Source: Promethearchaeota archaeon (lineage in GTDB: Archaea > Asgardarchaeota > Lokiarchaeia > Sigyniarchaeales > SOKP01). From it: a stretch of DNA of 64,000 nt. The DNA lies in contig JBHLLU010000012.1 in assembly GCA_048938895.1 (NCBI GenBank), forward strand, positions 8,642 to 72,641, given 5' to 3'. The position numbers were made by a program, and so were the translations under genes. The notes below the pieces were generated by a model. It was not told the DNA's origin and did no database searches. It saw nothing but the letters and a program-made list of their open reading frames with translations. Positions 9,353 through 18,128 of the stretch are shown piece after piece (the stretch's first letter is position 1; the number at the start of each line of letters is the position of its first letter).

Positions 9353-11119
9353 TTATTTCTTATATAAGGGATCTGCTTCTTGTAATACTCGTCGTTGAAC
9401 CTTTCCCATTATGTTCTTGGGCACTTCATCAATAAACTCAATGATAGCAGGACATTTCCATTTAGTCATGTTTTTTTCAGTCCAAGCTATTAATTCCTCT
9501 TCGGTTATTTTCCCTTTATATTCAGGTTTTAATGCGACCCATGCTTTTGTTATCTCCCCTACCTTTCCTTTTGGATCAGGAAGCCCAGCTACAGCTGCTT
9601 CGGTAACAGCTTCATTACTCATTAGCATGGTCTCGACTTCGGCAGGAAAGACTGAATGACCTGCGACTTTAATAAGTTGTTTCTTTCTATCTCTTAACGC
9701 AACTGTTCCATCTTCATTCATAAAACCAATATCACCAGTAAGAAGCCAAGATCTCTCATCCCATGTTTTCAATGTTTCTTCTGTTTCATCAGGTTGATTT
9801 AAATATCCTTTCATAACTTGGGGTCCACAAACACATAACTCTCCTGTATTTTCTTCTCCATATTTAGATCCTGGTAAACCATCTGCTATTGGACCTTTGC
9901 TGAATTCATCTACATCAAAAATACCCCAATCTGTTCCAGGAAAAGGCATACCTATAACTCCCAATGGACTTTCACCAAAAAGATTTCCTCCACTCACGAC
10001 TGGACTGGCTTCTGAAAGTCCATAACCTTCAACGATTCTTCCACCTGTATTCTCTTGGAATGCTTTTTGTACTGGAGCATGTAAAGGTCCAGCACCTGAG
10101 ATGCAAAGCCGTAATCTTCCCATTAAATCAGGGAATTTATCAAGTTTAGGAAAATCTGCAATTCGTTTAAATAATATTTCAGCTCCCGCATAGAATAGAC
10201 CTTTTGGGGCTTCTATATGGCTTATTTCTTTAAGGAACTCTTCTGTTGGTGGTGGTCTTGGAAAAAGCATCATCCAACCTCCCAATGCTATAGCAACATT
10301 CATAACTGCAGTCATAGCAAATGAATGGAAGAGTGGTAAAGCACCAATATCTCCTACTCCGGGATCTTCCCCACCAACCCATAACATACATTGGATTGCA
10401 TTAGAAACTAAATTAAAATGAGTTAGAACCGTAGCTTTAGGCACTCCTGTAGTTCCTCCTGTCATTATATATGTGGCTGTATGCTCTGTTGGATCAAATT
10501 CTACTTTTGGTAGATCTGGTTTTGTATTAAGAAGATCCATAAAATTAATAGCACCAGGAAAATGTACTTTTCCCTTGGGTATTATTCCCAATAATTTTCC
10601 TAAGCCTTTTTTAGCACCTGAGAGTCCAGATGCTAGATCAGCTATATTTGTATAAATTACCATTTCAATTTTTGATTGACTAATAATAGGTTCGATTAAT
10701 TCTCCATATAGGGCATCTAAAGTAATTAATATCGTCGCACTAGTTATTCTAAGGTGATGTAGGACCTCTAATGGCTTATACGTAGGATTTATTCCTGTTG
10801 CAATAGCTCCTAATTTAACAGTCGCATAGAAGCTGAGGATATATTGAAAACTATTTGGCATTAAAAATGCAACCACATCCCCTTTCTTTACACCTAAATT
10901 GTGTAATGCTGTGGCTAATGAATCTATTAATTGACCTGCCGCCTCATATGTCATCCATGACTCTAAAAACCACATCATCCTTTCATTTGGATATTTTTTT
11001 CTTTGTTTTTCAAAGAATTCTCCTAGGGATAACTTCTCGTAATTATAGTTCTTAGGTGTATCTTTTGGCCACCATTTTTTGAACCAAGCTTTATCTTCAT
11101 TTACTTGCCAATCTGCCAT
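9353..11119 (-). CDS. long-chain-fatty-acid--CoA ligase (AMP-binding)
   Basis: TGGTTGVPK, EGYGLSE, TGDIG, DRKK and PKNIMGKV motifs. Confidence 0.92.
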   Translation of the reverse strand: MADWQVNEDKAWFKKWWPKDTPKNYNYEKLSLGEFFEKQRKKYPNERMMWFLESWMTYEAAGQLIDSLATALHNLGVKKGDVVAFLMPNSFQYILSFYATVKLGAIATGINPTYKPLEVLHHLRITSATILITLDALYGELIEPIISQSKIEMVIYTNIADLASGLSGAKKGLGKLLGIIPKGKVHFPGAINFMDLLNTKPDLPKVEFDPTEHTATYIMTGGTTGVPKATVLTHFNLVSNAIQCMLWVGGEDPGVGDIGALPLFHSFAMTAVMNVAIALGGWMMLFPRPPPTEEFLKEISHIEAPKGLFYAGAEILFKRIADFPKLDKFPDLMGRLRLCISGAGPLHAPVQKAFQENTGGRIVEGYGLSEASPVVSGGNLFGESPLGVIGMPFPGTDWGIFDVDEFSKGPIADGLPGSKYGEENTGELCVCGPQVMKGYLNQPDETEETLKTWDERSWLLTGDIGFMNEDGTVALRDRKKQLIKVAGHSVFPAEVETMLMSNEAVTEAAVAGLPDPKGKVGEITKAWVALKPEYKGKITEEELIAWTEKNMTKWKCPAIIEFIDEVPKNIMGKVQRRVLQEADPLYKK

Positions 11120-11321
11120 TTTTTACACTTTAGCTTTCGTATTAGATTACAATTTATTAATATGTATTTTGAACATTAAGTAAAGTTGGTTTAAATTTAT
11201 AAAGTTTATAAAAAATAATAGCCCTCAATTTAGGTAGATTTATAGTCTAAGAAATTATAATAACAAAGAATAAAAGAAACAATTAATTCGAAATACTTAG
11301 GTTTCAATTAAATTATTATTA

Positions 11322-11699
11322 TTGAAAAAAATGCCTTGTATACACGGTTTAGATGAAAACAATTGTCCAACATGCAGATCTATAAAGGCAACTTTACCTA
11401 TAAATTCCCTTAATCATATAAAATATCCTAATCTAAAAATTGGAAATCCATTTTTTAGTGAAAAAACTCGAATTAATGATCAAATCATAGAAGAATTAAA
11501 TACTAAAGAGTTTAAAACTTTAAAACCTCAAGCCAGTCCCCTTCAAAAACCATTTCTCATAAATGAAATCCCTAGTTTTCAAAATCAATTACTAAATAAA
11601 AGACTTAAAGAATTAGATTTATCTAAGGATGATAACTTTGGAATTTCTAAAACAATTTCACTTGAAAAACCTGAATGGCAATTTGAAGAAGAAGAGTAA
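11322..11699 (+). CDS. hypothetical protein with N-terminal CxH...CxxC putative zinc site
   Basis: CIHGLDENNCPTC; likely start at the ATG at 11331. Confidence 0.55.
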   Translation: MKKMPCIHGLDENNCPTCRSIKATLPINSLNHIKYPNLKIGNPFFSEKTRINDQIIEELNTKEFKTLKPQASPLQKPFLINEIPSFQNQLLNKRLKELDLSKDDNFGISKTISLEKPEWQFEEEE

Positions 11700-11813
11700 T
11701 AGATCTTCAATATGCATTTAATAAATCTCCTTTCAATCTTTACTTTTTACGTTATTAATTTAAGTGATTAAATCATAATAATAAATTATACTTAATAATA
11801 AGTGGTGAGATTA

Positions 11814-12449
11814 ATGAAAATCGAATGGTTAGGACATGCAGCTTTTAGGATAAAAACGGGCAGTGGAAGGATTATTTATTTAGATCCCTATCAGATAAAA
11901 GATGGAGAGGAAAAAGCGGATATTATTGTCAGTAGTCATAGTCATTTCGATCATTTCCATAGTGATTCTATAAAAAAATTAATGAAGGATGACACAATTG
12001 TTTTAGGTCCTGAAAGCATAGCTAGCAATTTAAAGGAATTTAATGGACAAACGATTAAATTAGGTGGTTCCTTTGATTATAAGGATCTTTCTATAGAACT
12101 TATACCCTCTTATAACATAAAGAAGCCAAATCATCCTAAATCAAGTGGATGGGCAGGTACTATTGTAAAATCAGAAGGAAAAAGTGTCTATCATGCAGGT
12201 GATACTGAAAGAATTCCCGAAATGAAAGAATTGGCAAATAAGAACATTACGGTTGCATTACTTCCTTGTGGAGGCACATACACTATGGATTTTGATGAAG
12301 CTACAGATTGTGCTCTCGATATTCAACCTGAGATTGCTGTACCAATGCACAATTGGGATAAAGATTTGAATAAATTTAAAGAAATTTTGAACAAAAAAGA
12401 TCCCAATATAAAAGTTGAGATTTTATCAGATAAATCGCTTGAAATATAA
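11814..12449 (+). CDS. MBL-fold metallo-hydrolase
   Basis: WLGHAAF, DPY, SHSHFDH, YHAGDT and PMH motifs; GGTGA SD precedes the ATG at 11814. Confidence 0.9.
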   Translation: MKIEWLGHAAFRIKTGSGRIIYLDPYQIKDGEEKADIIVSSHSHFDHFHSDSIKKLMKDDTIVLGPESIASNLKEFNGQTIKLGGSFDYKDLSIELIPSYNIKKPNHPKSSGWAGTIVKSEGKSVYHAGDTERIPEMKELANKNITVALLPCGGTYTMDFDEATDCALDIQPEIAVPMHNWDKDLNKFKEILNKKDPNIKVEILSDKSLEI

Positions 12450-12581
12450 TTATTATCTTTTTTTTTCTAATTTAAACCAGTTTAAATCTAACCAATCTTA
12501 TTATTGATAAATAGAAATCTATAAAATCTGTAACCTCACCTTATAATTTAATTATAAAAAAATAATTTTGATGAAGAAATT

Positions 12582-13493
12582 ATGCCTTATTTTGAAAAAG
12601 GAAATTTAAAATTATATTATGAAGATGTTGGGAAAGGAGATGCGATTATAGCGAATCATGGTTTATCTGAGGATGGAAATTACTGGAAGGATACAGGTGT
12701 CACTACTGCTTTATCTAAGAAATATAGAATGATCTCAATAGATATGAGAGGTCATGGTCGAACAGTAGTAGATGGAGAGCCTTATGGCTATGATCCTGAT
12801 ACTATGGCTCAAGATTTTGACGATCTTGCTGACTATTTAGATGTTGATAAATTCCATCTATTAACTCATGCCACAGGAGGGATGGTTGGCGCTCGCTATA
12901 CTATGAGACGGTCTGAACGTTTATTAAGTTCAATCTTGACAGACACCAGTTCAAACACTCAAATAGAGATTCCTGACTATAGAGAATTTACAGAGGAGGA
13001 AAAAAAAGCAAGAACTCAACAAGCTGAAGCTTGGGAAAAGGCGAGTGAGGAAGAAAGGGCTAAAATGAGGGAAATGTGGTTAGCTATATCAATTGAAGAT
13101 AGAATAAATGAGATCAGACAAGAACCTGGACCTTATTTGTTTAAGATGGTAGCACATCCAGATGGTGAAAAGATGTTGAAGATCTATGAAGGATTTCTAA
13201 GACGACAAGATCGAAGAGCAATAATTGAATTCATGGCAAGATTCTATACTGATCCTGATCCTCGAATTGAAGAACTTCGACAAATCAAGTGTCCTACTCT
13301 TGTTCTTCTAGGTGAATTTGATGTGGTTTTTTTAAAACCGAGTGAAATTATGGCAAGGGAAATTCCCGATGTCAGACATGTGATTATGCCTGGAGTTGGC
13401 CATATGACTGCAATTGAAGATCCAAAGGCATTTATAGGGGAAATTCTTAACTTTCTCGAGACTGTAGAGCAAACAGGGAAAGCAAATCCATAA
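12582..13493 (+). CDS. alpha/beta-fold hydrolase (nucleophile position atypical)
   Basis: HG oxyanion motif, DMRGHGRT, GEFD, GVGH; the nucleophile elbow reads THATGG instead of GxSxGG. Confidence 0.85.
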   Translation: MPYFEKGNLKLYYEDVGKGDAIIANHGLSEDGNYWKDTGVTTALSKKYRMISIDMRGHGRTVVDGEPYGYDPDTMAQDFDDLADYLDVDKFHLLTHATGGMVGARYTMRRSERLLSSILTDTSSNTQIEIPDYREFTEEEKKARTQQAEAWEKASEEERAKMREMWLAISIEDRINEIRQEPGPYLFKMVAHPDGEKMLKIYEGFLRRQDRRAIIEFMARFYTDPDPRIEELRQIKCPTLVLLGEFDVVFLKPSEIMAREIPDVRHVIMPGVGHMTAIEDPKAFIGEILNFLETVEQTGKANP

Positions 13494-13683
13494 TATTGCT
13501 GATCTTGAAGAAAACCGGAGAAAAATTAATGAAGAAATTTCCAAAATAAAATAAAATCATTTTTTTAATAGTTTTCAATTTTCATTAAGATAAGATTTTA
13601 AACCATGGTTTTTAAACATAATATATAAAATTCTTAATTCATCAAGAGATATCAAATTAATTACCTTAAATCTGTGGATTAAA

Positions 13684-15417
13684 ATGGAAGTTGATGAAGA
13701 TTTAAAAAGTAATACTGCAGTGGCATATATCTCCATGGAGATAGGTGTTGAAAGTAATATTCCTACTTATAGTGGGGGCTTAGGTGTGCTATCAGGGGAT
13801 ACTGTTAGGTCCTCTGCTGACCTAGAACTTCCTATGGTTGGAATCTGTTTATGCTATAGTTCTGGATACTTTTATCAATTTTTTAATGAGTTTGGTGAAC
13901 AAAAAGAAAGAGAAATCGAATGGAATTTCTTCTATGAATTCGAACGAGTTCCCAAACCAATTAGTGTGAAAATAGAAGATAAGAATGTAAAAGTATCAGC
14001 ATGGCAATATAATGTGATTGGTCAATCTGGACATGTGTTGCCCATTTACTTATTAACAACTGATGTCGATGGAAATGAAGATTGGATGAAAAAAATGACG
14101 GGCTCTCTCTATGATTCTACTTCAAGATGGAATAGAATTGTACAAGAAATGATACTAGGAATTGGGGGAGTTAAACTATTAAAATCTTTAGGTTATAACA
14201 ATATTCAAACCTATCATCTGAATGAAGGTCATGGTTCATTTGCGATGGTTGAACTTTTTAAAATGCTTGGTGATATTGAGAAAGTAAAACAAAAAGTAGT
14301 ATTTACGACTCATACGCCTGTTCCTGCCGGACATGATCGCTTCAAACAGGATTTAGTTGATAAGGTTTTTGAAGATAGAATGCCTCCTGAAATTAGGAAA
14401 CTTGCTGATGACAAAGGAGAATTAAATATGACATTTCTTGGAATGGCTCTTTCTAGATATCGAAATGCTGTTGCTAAGAAACATGGGGATATTTCAAGAA
14501 AAATGTTCCCTCAGTATGAAATTGATTACATAACAAATGGAATACATTTACCATTTTGGGTTTCTAAGCCATTCCGTAAGATGTTTGATAAGAAGTGGCC
14601 AAATTGGAGATCTAATCCTTCAATTTTAGAGAATGCTATTGAACTTGATGAGCTCGATTTATATGACTGCCACATTGAGAACAAATTCAATTTAATATCG
14701 TATCAAAAAGGTCATTCATGGAATTTGCTAGATGAGGAAATGATTACTATTGGTTTTGCAAGAAGATTTGCGACATATAAAAGAGCTATATTAATCTTCC
14801 ATGATATCGATAGGTTAGGAAAAATCTGTAAGAATAATATACAATTTATATTTGCGGGCAAAGCTCATCCAAAAGACCAAAGGGGTAAAGATTATATCAA
14901 AAAGATTCATGAGGCGGGAGAATACCTTTATAACAACTATGGTGTGAAAGTTGTAATGATGGAGAATTACAATATGGACTTATCTCATATGCTTATATCA
15001 GGAGTTGATATATGGCTAAATACTCCTGAAAGATATCGCGAAGCAAGTGGAACAAGTGGTATGAAAGCTGCTTTAAACGGTATTTTGAATCTATCCGTAC
15101 AAGATGGCTGGTGGCTTGAAGGATACAAAATGAATCGATTAGCTGGTTGGGCAATCGGGCCCGATGACTCAAACCCAGAAGACCCAGGGGTGTCTAATGA
15201 CTGGAATATAGATGCTAATGCACTCTATGAAGTCTTGGAAAATGAAATTATTCCGACCTATATGAACCATGACGAGTGGATTTTTCGACAAAAAAACGCT
15301 ATTTCTCTCGCTGCTTATTTCAATACTCACCGCATGATGGAGGAGTATGCAGAAAAAGCCTACAAACTAAAAAAGCAAAGACCATGGAGATTTATTAGTG
15401 AAAGTTCTATTTTTTAG
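13684..15417 (+). CDS. glgP: alpha-glucan (glycogen) phosphorylase
   Basis: YSGGLGVLSGD, HLNEGH, FTTHTPVPAGHD, ARRFATYKRA and EASGTSGMKA motifs. Confidence 0.95.
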   Translation: MEVDEDLKSNTAVAYISMEIGVESNIPTYSGGLGVLSGDTVRSSADLELPMVGICLCYSSGYFYQFFNEFGEQKEREIEWNFFYEFERVPKPISVKIEDKNVKVSAWQYNVIGQSGHVLPIYLLTTDVDGNEDWMKKMTGSLYDSTSRWNRIVQEMILGIGGVKLLKSLGYNNIQTYHLNEGHGSFAMVELFKMLGDIEKVKQKVVFTTHTPVPAGHDRFKQDLVDKVFEDRMPPEIRKLADDKGELNMTFLGMALSRYRNAVAKKHGDISRKMFPQYEIDYITNGIHLPFWVSKPFRKMFDKKWPNWRSNPSILENAIELDELDLYDCHIENKFNLISYQKGHSWNLLDEEMITIGFARRFATYKRAILIFHDIDRLGKICKNNIQFIFAGKAHPKDQRGKDYIKKIHEAGEYLYNNYGVKVVMMENYNMDLSHMLISGVDIWLNTPERYREASGTSGMKAALNGILNLSVQDGWWLEGYKMNRLAGWAIGPDDSNPEDPGVSNDWNIDANALYEVLENEIIPTYMNHDEWIFRQKNAISLAAYFNTHRMMEEYAEKAYKLKKQRPWRFISESSIF

Positions 15418-15911
15418 AAATTCGATAAACTAAACTGACGAACTTTTATAAAGTCTTCAAAATTTTTTTTGGTGAAATAATCTTCTAAGATTTGCTTTAA
15501 AATTTCCTCCATATATTCAATACCTGTATTTATAGCTCCTATATCTTTGGAAAGTAGCAACATATAATCTTGAGTTGATATAAGATAAAACATCCCTTCA
15601 GTGAATTCGATATTGCAATATTTCTCAATGATATCATTCGCCTTTTTTATGATATCAGAAGTTGTAAATAATACAATTAGATATTCTTCAGTAAGTTCTT
15701 CAGTTAGATAACTATCTCTGATTCCAGACGCTAAAAGAGGCGTTTTTATATAAGACTTAAAAAGGTATTGGACTAGATTTAACGCTTTTCTTATTTTACT
15801 TTTATTGTGAAAAAAATCGAATCTTTCAGTTAATTTTAGAGGTTCACCCTCTATATATGTAAGACTTTTTGGGGGAGTTTTGAACACGAATTCTGTTATG
15901 TATTTTGACAT
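15414..15911 (-). CDS. hypothetical protein, possibly a stand-alone GH20 N-terminal zincin-like domain
   Basis: TPPKSL..EG...L at the N-terminus and EGMFYLIS...LLLS...G...GI pattern resemble hexosaminidase domain 2. Confidence 0.45.
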   Translation of the reverse strand: MSKYITEFVFKTPPKSLTYIEGEPLKLTERFDFFHNKSKIRKALNLVQYLFKSYIKTPLLASGIRDSYLTEELTEEYLIVLFTTSDIIKKANDIIEKYCNIEFTEGMFYLISTQDYMLLLSKDIGAINTGIEYMEEILKQILEDYFTKKNFEDFIKVRQFSLSNF

Positions 15912-16006
15912 TTTGTACGTTGTCTCAATAGATTTATTTAATTATAGAAAATTTGATTTATTAAAAAAGTTTGATTATTTTAAACCATAAATGAAAATAA
16001 AGACCT

Positions 16007-16999
16007 ATGAAATTAGGAACACTAAATATTGCTAACAGATACATTTTAGCACCTATGCAAAATGTGACCACTGCTCCTTATAGAAGATTCTGTCGTAGAC
16101 TTCAAGATATTGGATTAGTTAGTGTTCCAATGCTGTATGCTAAGAAAATTGCTAAAGACCCTAACTTTTTAGAAAACGAATTGTGTAAAATAGAAGAAGA
16201 AAGACCAATAAGTATTCAATTGATAGGTTCTGAATTAGATTCAATTAAAAAAGCGATTGATGCTCTAGAAAGTTACGAATTTGATGTATTAGATATAAAC
16301 GCTGGTTGTCCTTCGCGTAGAGCCATTAACGCCAAAGAGGGGGGATATTTGTTGAAAAACCTTGAGCTTTTAAGTGAATTATGTAATACTGCAGTAAATT
16401 ATAGCTCCAAACCTGTATCATTAAAAATTAGAACTGGTTTTGACCGACCAGTTAATTTAGACAAAATGGCGAAAATTGCAAATTCGTCAGGTATCTCTTT
16501 TTTAATAATTCACGCGAGAACTGTAAGAAGTAGAGATAACGATGAAATCATTGACTTAGAAACAGTGAAAAACCTAAAATTAAAACTTATGATCCCTCTA
16601 GTAGGAAATGGAAACATAATAAATCCTGAAATCGCAAAACATTTCCTAGAGTATACTAATGTTGATGCCTTAATGATTGGACGAGAATCTATGGGGAATC
16701 CACAGATTTTTCAACAAATTCACAATTATTTATACAACAACACCCTTGATTCTTTTAAGAATGATATTACTCTAATGGAGAAGTTATTAATTACCTATGA
16801 GGAAATAATTGACGATTTTTTAAAAGATACAATGTTTCCCCATGGAAATGATGAATTCAAGTTAATAGAATTAAAGAGAAATTCAATTTGGTTAACAAAA
16901 GATATTGAAAATTCGACTTCATTTAGAATGCAAATAAGCAAAGTTAAAACTCTTAAAGAATTGAGATTAATTTTAGAAAAAATATTTAATCTGGCTTAA
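16007..16999 (+). CDS. tRNA-dihydrouridine synthase family protein
   Basis: LAPM, QLIGS, DINAGCP, KIRTG, HART, GNGNI and MIGR motifs. Confidence 0.9.
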   Translation: MKLGTLNIANRYILAPMQNVTTAPYRRFCRRLQDIGLVSVPMLYAKKIAKDPNFLENELCKIEEERPISIQLIGSELDSIKKAIDALESYEFDVLDINAGCPSRRAINAKEGGYLLKNLELLSELCNTAVNYSSKPVSLKIRTGFDRPVNLDKMAKIANSSGISFLIIHARTVRSRDNDEIIDLETVKNLKLKLMIPLVGNGNIINPEIAKHFLEYTNVDALMIGRESMGNPQIFQQIHNYLYNNTLDSFKNDITLMEKLLITYEEIIDDFLKDTMFPHGNDEFKLIELKRNSIWLTKDIENSTSFRMQISKVKTLKELRLILEKIFNLA

Positions 17000-17019
17000 G
17001 ACCAAAGAAATTATATGGG

Positions 17020-18042
17020 TTATTTATACCTTTCCAGAAGTTCTTTATGATTAAAAACACCGTCTTCGGTTATAATACCAGTTACTAACCTAAAAGGAGT
17101 AATATCAAATGCATAATTCAAACAATTAACTCCTTCAGGCACAATACGAACTTTTCCTAAAATATTGCTTACTTCACTGCTATCTCGCTGTTCAATAGTA
17201 ACATCTTCTACAGTTTCATCTAAAGATAATGTGGATGTTGGTGCAGCTACATAAAAGGGAATATTATTATCTTTTGCTGCTAAAGCTACTAGATAAGTAC
17301 CAATCTTATTAAAAACAGCATCAGATGTGACCCGGTCAGTACCAACAATAACCTTATTCACTTTCCCTAACCTCATGAGTAATCCTGATGATGTATCTGA
17401 AATTACATTCACAGGGATCTTATCATATTGAAGTTCATAAGCAGTTAACCTTGCACCTTGTAATCGAGGCCTTGTCTCATCAGCAATAACCTTGATTTTC
17501 TTTCCTTGTTCGATAGCAGCTCTTACAGGTGCTAAAGCAGTTCCATATTGAACTGTGGCAAGAGATCCTGCATTACAATGGGTCAGTACAACATCTCCAT
17601 TTTCTAACAATTCAGCTCCATTTTTTCCTATATTTTTATTAACAGTGATATCTTCTTGAGCCATAAGCTTTGCTTCTTCTATTACAAGTTCTGAAAGTTT
17701 TTCAGGATTATCGGGATAGGTACTTATTATTCTCCAAATTCTATCAATCGCCCAAAATAAATTAGACGCGGTTGGTCTTGTACTCTTTATAACATCAGCA
17801 GCAGCTTCTAGTGCTTGCAAAAATTTTTCTTTCGTTAACTTCTTATATTCAATTGTCGCTAAAGCCATACCCATCGCAGCAGCGACTCCTATTGCTGGTG
17901 CTCCTCGAATATTCATTACTTTTATTGAGGTGGCGACATCTCGATAATTATCAAATACCAAAAACTCAAGTTTATGAGGTAAAAGGGTCTGATCAATCAT
18001 CTTTACTTTATTATCAGAAGTCCACTCTATAGAAGGAATCAT
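17020..18042 (-). CDS. mtnA: S-methyl-5-thioribose-1-phosphate isomerase
   Basis: IDQTLLP, RGAPAIG, TRPTASNL, LTHCNAGSLAT, DETRP, NKIGTY and AFDITP motifs. Confidence 0.9.
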   Translation of the reverse strand: MIPSIEWTSDNKVKMIDQTLLPHKLEFLVFDNYRDVATSIKVMNIRGAPAIGVAAAMGMALATIEYKKLTKEKFLQALEAAADVIKSTRPTASNLFWAIDRIWRIISTYPDNPEKLSELVIEEAKLMAQEDITVNKNIGKNGAELLENGDVVLTHCNAGSLATVQYGTALAPVRAAIEQGKKIKVIADETRPRLQGARLTAYELQYDKIPVNVISDTSSGLLMRLGKVNKVIVGTDRVTSDAVFNKIGTYLVALAAKDNNIPFYVAAPTSTLSLDETVEDVTIEQRDSSEVSNILGKVRIVPEGVNCLNYAFDITPFRLVTGIITEDGVFNHKELLERYK

Positions 18043-18128
18043 GTCTATATTTAATACTTTAAACCTTAAATAATTATTAACTCATATAATATCATTGAAA
18101 AAGTATTAGAGTCTGATAAGAGAGCTGA

